Assembly (NCBI GenBank): GCA_037481835.1
Contig: JBBFKW010000007.1
Coordinates: forward strand, 116,247 to 180,246
Origin: Desulfosoma sp.
GTDB taxonomy: Bacteria > Desulfobacterota > Syntrophobacteria > Syntrophobacterales > DSM-9756
DNA: 64,000 bases
Direction: 5' to 3'
The position numbers were made by a program, and so were the translations under genes. Of the stretch, positions 58,480 to 64,000 are shown piece after piece; within the stretch, counting starts at the first letter, position 1, and each line of letters begins with the position of its first letter. Under the pieces are notes generated by a model. The model made no database searches. It saw only the letters and a list, made by a program, of their open reading frames with translations, and was not told where the DNA came from.

Positions 58480-59247
58480 TCAGTTTTCGGCTGTCGCTTC
58501 GATCCTCGGCATCAGCGCGAACACCCCCCAGCCAAGGTACTCCCGTGTGTACGTGGCATAGCGCACGGGTTCCGAGGTCAGTAGGGCTCGAACCTCTTTC
58601 GCCAACTCGTCGTCGGGATGGGTTTCAAGCCATCGGCGCATGGTGAGCCATTTGGCCGCTTCGTATCTGTCCCAGCTGTCTTGGTCGGCCAGGACCATTT
58701 CAACGACGTCGTAGCCGAGGCGGCCGAAAGACATGAGAAGTTCCGGGAGCCCGAGAAAGTCGGAGATTGATTCGGCCAGACACCCCTTGGCAACGTCTTC
58801 CGTCGGCGGGATCTTCCGCCAGTAGGGCTCCCCGATAAGGATGATCCCTCCGGTGCGGAGGCTCCGGGCCAGAAGCTCGATAGTGCCCGCGACTCCGCCT
58901 CCGATCCATGTGGCCCCCACACAGGCCGCCACATCGACCTGTTCGTCGGCCGTGTAGCCCGCAGCGTCGCCGTGGATGAACGTGACTCGATGGGCCACGC
59001 CGAGCTCTTCGGCGCGGAGTTTCGCGTGCTCGGTGAACAAATGACTCATGTCGATGCCGGTGCCGACGATTTGGTAATCGCGCGCCCAGGTGCACAGCAA
59101 TTCCCCCGAGCCGCTGCCAAGGTCGAGCACACGCATCCCCGGCTCCAAACGCAACGCCGCGCCGAGCGCAGCGAGCTTTTCGGGGGTGAACGGGTTATGG
59201 ATTCGGTGTGCACTTTCGGTGATGTTGAAGATCCGTGGAATGTCCAT
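58480..59247 (-). CDS. SAM-dependent methyltransferase (YjhP-like)
   Basis: VLDLGSGSG motif I; MDIPRIFNITES..HRIHNP and TREYLGWGVFAL termini. Confidence 0.88.
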   Translation of the reverse strand: MDIPRIFNITESAHRIHNPFTPEKLAALGAALRLEPGMRVLDLGSGSGELLCTWARDYQIVGTGIDMSHLFTEHAKLRAEELGVAHRVTFIHGDAAGYTADEQVDVAACVGATWIGGGVAGTIELLARSLRTGGIILIGEPYWRKIPPTEDVAKGCLAESISDFLGLPELLMSFGRLGYDVVEMVLADQDSWDRYEAAKWLTMRRWLETHPDDELAKEVRALLTSEPVRYATYTREYLGWGVFALMPRIEATAEN

Positions 59248-59788
59248 GTGGGGAAACCTCTTTATGGGTCAGGTTCGGTCACAGCCCCACAATAGGGAGA
59301 TGGACCGGAATGAAATAATAGATGTTCCGTTTTGGACCATGGAGGTCTTTCCATTGTGAGGACAAAAAACCGGTTCCGATAAGGAATTTTTTCTGCCCTG
59401 AATGAGCCGCGACTTCGACGGGGCAAAGCTCTGTACCGTTTTAGGGGGCTCATTCCCATTGGATCGAAAGCGTATAAAAGTCCGGCGTTCCTTCGGTCTC
59501 CCTTCTTCCATCAGGCTTGAACGTATAGACCCGATCCTTCCTGCGCTGCATGAGAGCGCGAAAGGCTTCGTGTTGTCCGGCCCCGATGGGCTTGCGTTCC
59601 ACTGTTTCAAAGGCCTCGATGGAGTTGATCGTCTCACGGGAGTCCAACCGCAGGTCCGGTTGGGAAAGGAGGTTTTTCCCATCCGTCGAAGAAAAGGGCG
59701 AATCCCGGTCTGCGGCCTGACGTTGGGGGGCGACGCGGAGCCGACCGGGCACGGCGGATCGGCTCCTCGATTTTTTAAGTCTTTCGGC

Positions 59789-59986
59789 TCATTCCTCAAT
59801 AATGATGGCGCCCGGGGCGCATTCCTCCGCGGCCTGCCTCACTTTGGCTTCCAAAGGCTTCGGGACCACTTCGACGATGACCCGGGAAAGCAGCTGGTCT
59901 TCGTCGTACTGGAATACTTCGGGACACACCTTGGTGCAATTGCGGTCTCCCATGCACAAATCATAATCGATGCGCACCTTCATCAC
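59789..59986 (-). CDS. Monocluster ferredoxin with CxxDxxC motif
   Basis: LCMGDRNCTKVCPEVF...ECAPGAI. Confidence 0.88.
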   Translation of the reverse strand: MMKVRIDYDLCMGDRNCTKVCPEVFQYDEDQLLSRVIVEVVPKPLEAKVRQAAEECAPGAIIIEE

Positions 59987-60450
59987 CCTTCTCCCCGTCC
60001 GTCGCCCGATGAGTGCGGTCGAACCACCAAGACTGGTACGCGGGCGTTTCGCACCACCTTTTCCGCCACGCTTCCGAAGGGAAAATGCCCCCGCATCCCG
60101 TGACTCGTCAGGATCACCAGGTCAATTCCTTCGGATTCGATGGTTTCCAGAATCTTTTTCGCCGGGTCGCCGCCAAGGACCAGCCTTTTAAATCGAGGGC
60201 AGCCCTTGAGGCTTTCCCGACAAAGTTGATCCAGACGTTCTTCGGCTTCCTTGACAATCCAGCGATGGAATTCTTCCAAATGCTTTCGGCCCCATTCCCC
60301 GTACCAGGGCTCATGCCCGGTCATGTCCTCCGCCACATACAGAAGAATGATCTCCGCCCCGTATTTCCCGGCGAGGTCCAAGGCGAAAGGCAAGGCGGCC
60401 GAACCGCTCTTGGAAAGATCCGTCGGCCACAAGATTTTCGTCACCTTCAT
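59983..60450 (-). CDS. Universal stress protein
   Basis: KILWPTDLS, GDPAKKI, DLVILTSHG, FGSVAEKVVR..PVLVV. Confidence 0.93.
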   Translation of the reverse strand: MKVTKILWPTDLSKSGSAALPFALDLAGKYGAEIILLYVAEDMTGHEPWYGEWGRKHLEEFHRWIVKEAEERLDQLCRESLKGCPRFKRLVLGGDPAKKILETIESEGIDLVILTSHGMRGHFPFGSVAEKVVRNARVPVLVVRPHSSGDGRGEG

Positions 60451-60873
60451 GGCTGGATCCTCCTCTCACGCGTTTTGTTGAGAGAGACCTCCCCGACGCG
60501 CAGACCGAGAGTCTCCCTTCTTGCGGGATCCATCTTCACAGTAAGACTCACGGCGGAGGGGCACAAGGTCGTCAGAGGATGCCCTTGATGAAAGGCAATG
60601 AGCTTTGTCCACGTGCCGTCCCCTGGGTCTCCAGGCGCCATATCCCGACAATGTCGCCGTTGCCGGTTTTCCCCTTTGTGGGGTTGAACGCACCAAAGCC
60701 TTCACAGAAAACGAAAAAGGACCTGGCCGTGTGAGCCAAGTCCTTGACTTTCCAGGTAGCAGAGCCGTCATGCCGCCGCGCGACCTCACACGCTGCGGAG
60801 CTGGTCGGCGACGTTCTGGACCGGCCGATGCCGGCAGGCTGCGACGTTCTTGGCCGGCCGACCCCTCGATTTT

Positions 60874-61245
60874 TTATGGAAGGCCTTCGTCTTGGTTTCC
60901 CTGGGAAACATCAGCAAGGAGCCGCTCAAGCAGCGGGAGCAATTCCGGGATATTCTTCGTCGCCGTTTCCCACACGATCCGGCTGTTCACCCCAAAGTAG
61001 TCGTGAACGACAATATTGCGCATCCCGCGTATTTCAAACCACGGGATATCCGACGTTCGGGAGACGATTTCCTCCGGCACATGGGTTGCCGCCTCACCCA
61101 ATATGGTCAACTGGCGGATGACAGCATCAAAGGTTTTCTCATCCCGGGCAAAACCCTCGAATGTCAACCCCTCGACGTAAGCTCCTCTTTTCCTCGCCGC
61201 GTTCAGCATATCCTGAATGCGAAACCGCCACTTTCTAGGCGACAT
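60874..61245 (-). CDS. hepT: HepT-like HEPN ribonuclease toxin (DUF86)
   Basis: ILGEAA, IPW..IRGMRNIVVHDY (R-x4-H). Confidence 0.9.
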   Translation of the reverse strand: MSPRKWRFRIQDMLNAARKRGAYVEGLTFEGFARDEKTFDAVIRQLTILGEAATHVPEEIVSRTSDIPWFEIRGMRNIVVHDYFGVNSRIVWETATKNIPELLPLLERLLADVSQGNQDEGLP

Positions 61246-61531
61246 GAACGGCCTCCCTCAGGATGTCGTCCCTGAGCGCAGGGTGTAGAGCATCAGGCGT
61301 CCCCAAATCCACTTCCATGCCGAGCAATTCGCTCAGCTCCCGTTTCAGCCTCATGAACTCAAACAGCCCGACGGCTGCACCCGGTTCAAACTCAACGAGA
61401 ACGTCGATATCGCTGCCCGGCCCCGCCTTCCCGCGCACCACCGAACCGAATACCGACAAGGAGCGCACATGATGCCGAGCCAGTAGCGGGCGATGATCAC
61501 GAAGGATCTTGATGATCTTTTCCTTGTCCAC
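61235..61531 (-). CDS. mntA: MntA-like minimal nucleotidyltransferase antitoxin
   Basis: VFGSVVRG..SDIDVLV (GS-x10-DxD), VDLG; overlaps hepT; GTG start after GGGGGTG RBS. Confidence 0.9.
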   Translation of the reverse strand: MDKEKIIKILRDHRPLLARHHVRSLSVFGSVVRGKAGPGSDIDVLVEFEPGAAVGLFEFMRLKRELSELLGMEVDLGTPDALHPALRDDILREAVHVA

Positions 61532-61989
61532 GGCTACACCCCCCCTCTTGGGACCCGGTGAGATTGAGCCGTTTGCCTGGGTTAAGAAGTCCGGCCGGGT
61601 TCTCCCGAATGCTAGCCGGCCAAGACCAAAATCCACCGTTTTGGCAATCACGGCGGGTTCCACAAGATCGGCGGCTTCCACGACTGTCTCGGCCTCCAGC
61701 TCCCTCACCTCTGGCACATCTTTCTGTCCACCTTCCACTGACCGCTGCCCACTCAATCGAGCCGCGATCTCCCCGCGGTCCTGGTCAAGGCTGTCGACTC
61801 ACGGAGCGGCAGGAAAGCTGAAATTTGCGTAAAATACTGAAATAGAAAAGATTTTCATTGTGCCTGCCCGACGGTTGTGCGACAGTGCTCCATGTCAAAG
61901 AGGGAAGCAAAACGTCAAGCTACACGAAAGCACAGAACCTGCCGTGAAAGCCTATCCCAAATTGCCCCCATCTTTCAAGTCTTTTGAGC

Positions 61990-62580
61990 CTTATTCCCAA
62001 AAACATGACCCCGGAAGCCAGGCGCTCCGCCGAAAATTTCACCTGCACTCGCAAGCTCCCTTTGTAGCGGGCATCTTCCGTGATTGCCGTCGCGGTGACC
62101 GTTTCCGCGTTCAACGCCATGCCGTCGGGATCAACCGTTTGCATGCACGCTTCCTTCACAGCCGCCATGACGGCATCGGTGCTGTTGTTCAATTTACCCG
62201 GCAGGTCAATGTCTTTTGTGGGAAGGGACACCGGTGCCGTCCAGGCGGTGGATCGCGATGCCCTCGGTGAAGGATTTGCCGCCGAAGCGGAAGGACCGTA
62301 TGCGAGGGAAATCCAGCCGGGGTTCCTTCGCACCGCGCGGCAGAGCCAAATCGACCTAGGAATTTGGGGCGTCAGGTCATGAAAAGCCGGTGCCGAAATA
62401 AGGCAAACCACCCTGGGGGGAATACGCCTCCCCACGATCACGAGGTCCGGGTTTTCGAGAGGAGAGCCGTCGGCGAGCCGGTATACCTCGCAGTTGATCT
62501 TTCCCAGCCGGCCTGTATCCCGCATTGCGTGAGGGTATTCGGGTGGATTCCCGGACGAAGGGCATCCGCCGCTGATGGGA
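61990..62580 (-). pseudogene. Frameshifted, internally deleted abiEi/abiEii (type IV TA) remnant
   Basis: AbiEi-like GIHPNTL / VYRLAD..NPDLVIV..VVCLISA..FHDLTPQIP / LPRGAKEPRLDFP..FTEGI, then AbiEii-like PTKDIDL..DGM..ITEDARY; boundaries approximate. Confidence 0.72.
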
Positions 62581-63229
62581 TTGTCCGATTATCGGCGGAT
62601 CGCCACGGCCAGTCGCCAAAGGTTTTTTAAAACCTCGGGCTGCCAGAGCTCCAAGGCCACAAGAGTCGCGACCCCCGTGATCCACCCCGTCATGGCGGCG
62701 CACGCCACGGCCGTCCACTGAAGGTTCTCGCCGACGGATTGGATCTTCCGGGCCGCCTCGGCCGCCTGCCCGGCGAAGGGATCTATCTCATAAGGGGAAG
62801 TTCCGCGTCGAAATTCGGGTGCCCGGAAATGCACCCACGCGCCTTTCAAGGCTGTTGAAGAAGGCTCGGGATCTTGGAATCGGTTCTAGTTTCTTGATGC
62901 TTGGCAGTTAATATCAACATAAATGGGTTCGTTGCCACGGGCTCTGGAAGGTTCCGTCCCAGGAACAACAGTCGGGCATCTCCTGGGGTGCTCGAGTGTG
63001 TGGGCGAAAGAAGAGCGGAGGGGGGTGTCCGACGAGCCATGAGTGAGCCCATTCTGGGCACCCCTCCGGAACCCGGTTTGCGGCAAGGGGACGTCTTTTG
63101 GGGCATATTGAAAAGCCGGGTACTCAAAGCAGGATCATAGGGAGAAAGGGAACCGGAAGCGGGATTGCCAAGAACCGAGGCAGCACACTACTTTTCTCTG
63201 AGCCTTGTCTTGACAATGGAGTTCACCTA

Positions 63230-63472
63230 AAAGTGACGGCCAAGATCGATCGTGCTACCGGCGCCGCCCGGCGTGAGATCGAGCTGCTCAAGGAGTTTCG
63301 CAGCCGCCTGATCGCCGACGTGGTCACCGGCAAGGTGGACGTAAGCGAGGTGGCGGCGCGGCTGCCGGAAGAGCCCGAGGAGTCGGAATGGTCCGATCTC
63401 GAAAACGTTCCTGAAAACGCCGACGCGGATGATGATAGCGTCCCTCCCGGCGAGGAGGATTCCGATGGCTAG
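63230..63472 (+). pseudogene. hsdS: 3' remnant of type I restriction specificity subunit
   Basis: AKIDR..RREIELLKEFRSRLIADVVTGKVDV HsdS C-terminal helix plus acidic tail; no upstream TRD. Confidence 0.78.
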
Positions 63473-64000
63473 GGCGAAAACCGATCACAACGAGCCGAGA
63501 CAGACACGCACCATCGCTGCGGAGCGGGGTGGAGAGGTGGTGATCTACGAGGACCCCGAACGCCGCATGCGCGTGGATGTGCGGCTGGAGCAGGAGACGG
63601 TTTGGCTCAATCTCAACCAGATGGCAGCGCTGTTCGAACGCGACAAGTCCGTTATTTCTAGGCATTTGCGCAATGTTTTTCGGGAAGGGGAGCTTGACCC
63701 AAAGGCAAGTGTTGCAAAATTTGCAACAGTTCAACGGGAAGGGAATCGTGAGGTGGTGCGGCAGGTGGAGTACTACAACCTCGACGCCATCATCTCCGTC
63801 GGCTACCGGGTGAACTCCAAGCGGGGCACACAATTCCGCATCTGGGCGACGCAGGTGCTGCGCGAGCACCTGGTGCGCGGCTATACGGTCAATGCCCGGC
63901 GCCTGCAGGAGCTGCACCAAACCATCCGGGTGGTGGCCGGCATAACCGGACAGCGCCTGCTTTCCGGCGACAAAGCGGCAGCCCTTCTGCGGTTGGTGCG
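63465..64000 (+). CDS. rhuM: RhuM family protein (runs off window)
   Basis: ETVWLNLNQMAALF, ISRHLRNVF.EGEL, YNLDAIISVGYRVNSKRGTQFRIWAT; not in ORF track because it has no stop in the window. Confidence 0.9.
   Translation, partial: MARAKTDHNEPRQTRTIAAERGGEVVIYEDPERRMRVDVRLEQETVWLNLNQMAALFERDKSVISRHLRNVFREGELDPKASVAKFATVQREGNREVVRQVEYYNLDAIISVGYRVNSKRGTQFRIWATQVLREHLVRGYTVNARRLQELHQTIRVVAGITGQRLLSGDKAAALLRLV

Noticed and set aside
61540..61830. N-terminal extension of the mntA ORF, faintly like a type III Res C-terminus (PAV...FGLGRLAF)
   Set aside because: Similarity too weak by eye; MntA is complete from GTG 61531
62589..62849. 86-aa minus-strand ORF with a hydrophobic segment
   Set aside because: No family recognised; probably a fragment in the decayed island

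Overview
GC-rich (~60%) bacterial chromosome segment. Gene content (Ech hydrogenase, HdrC-like Fe-S protein, DVU0772-like protein, sigma54 promoters, Rex-like site) suggests an anaerobic sulfate-reducing or syntrophic deltaproteobacterium; this is inference. Left to right: fumarate hydratase alpha/beta + sdhCDAB; pxpBCA 5-oxoprolinase + TRAP transporter; two paralogous OFA-family MFS transporters; an M50 (site-2 protease) homologue lacking all catalytic residues; thrC; a pseudo-receiver/Ser-Thr kinase facing a GNAT and a metallophosphatase; two RNA helicases; uvrB; a tandem HdrC-like protein; mtgA; mucR; nth-mutT; a YkgJ / small protein / proteasome-beta-like (Ser1 Ntn hydrolase) cluster; HDOD; an aldo-keto reductase preceded by a candidate sigma54-driven anti-SD small RNA; CheR + MAC-type hybrid kinase; azlCD; sigma54-driven echABCDEF; and a decaying defence island (mntA-hepT, fused abiEi/abiEii remnant, hsdS tail, rhuM). 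Non-coding elements include a 118-bp MITE with TIRs and a CTTG target duplication, and several GTAG-type REPs. No rRNA, tRNA or CRISPR array was seen. All assignments come from motif reading by eye, not database searches.
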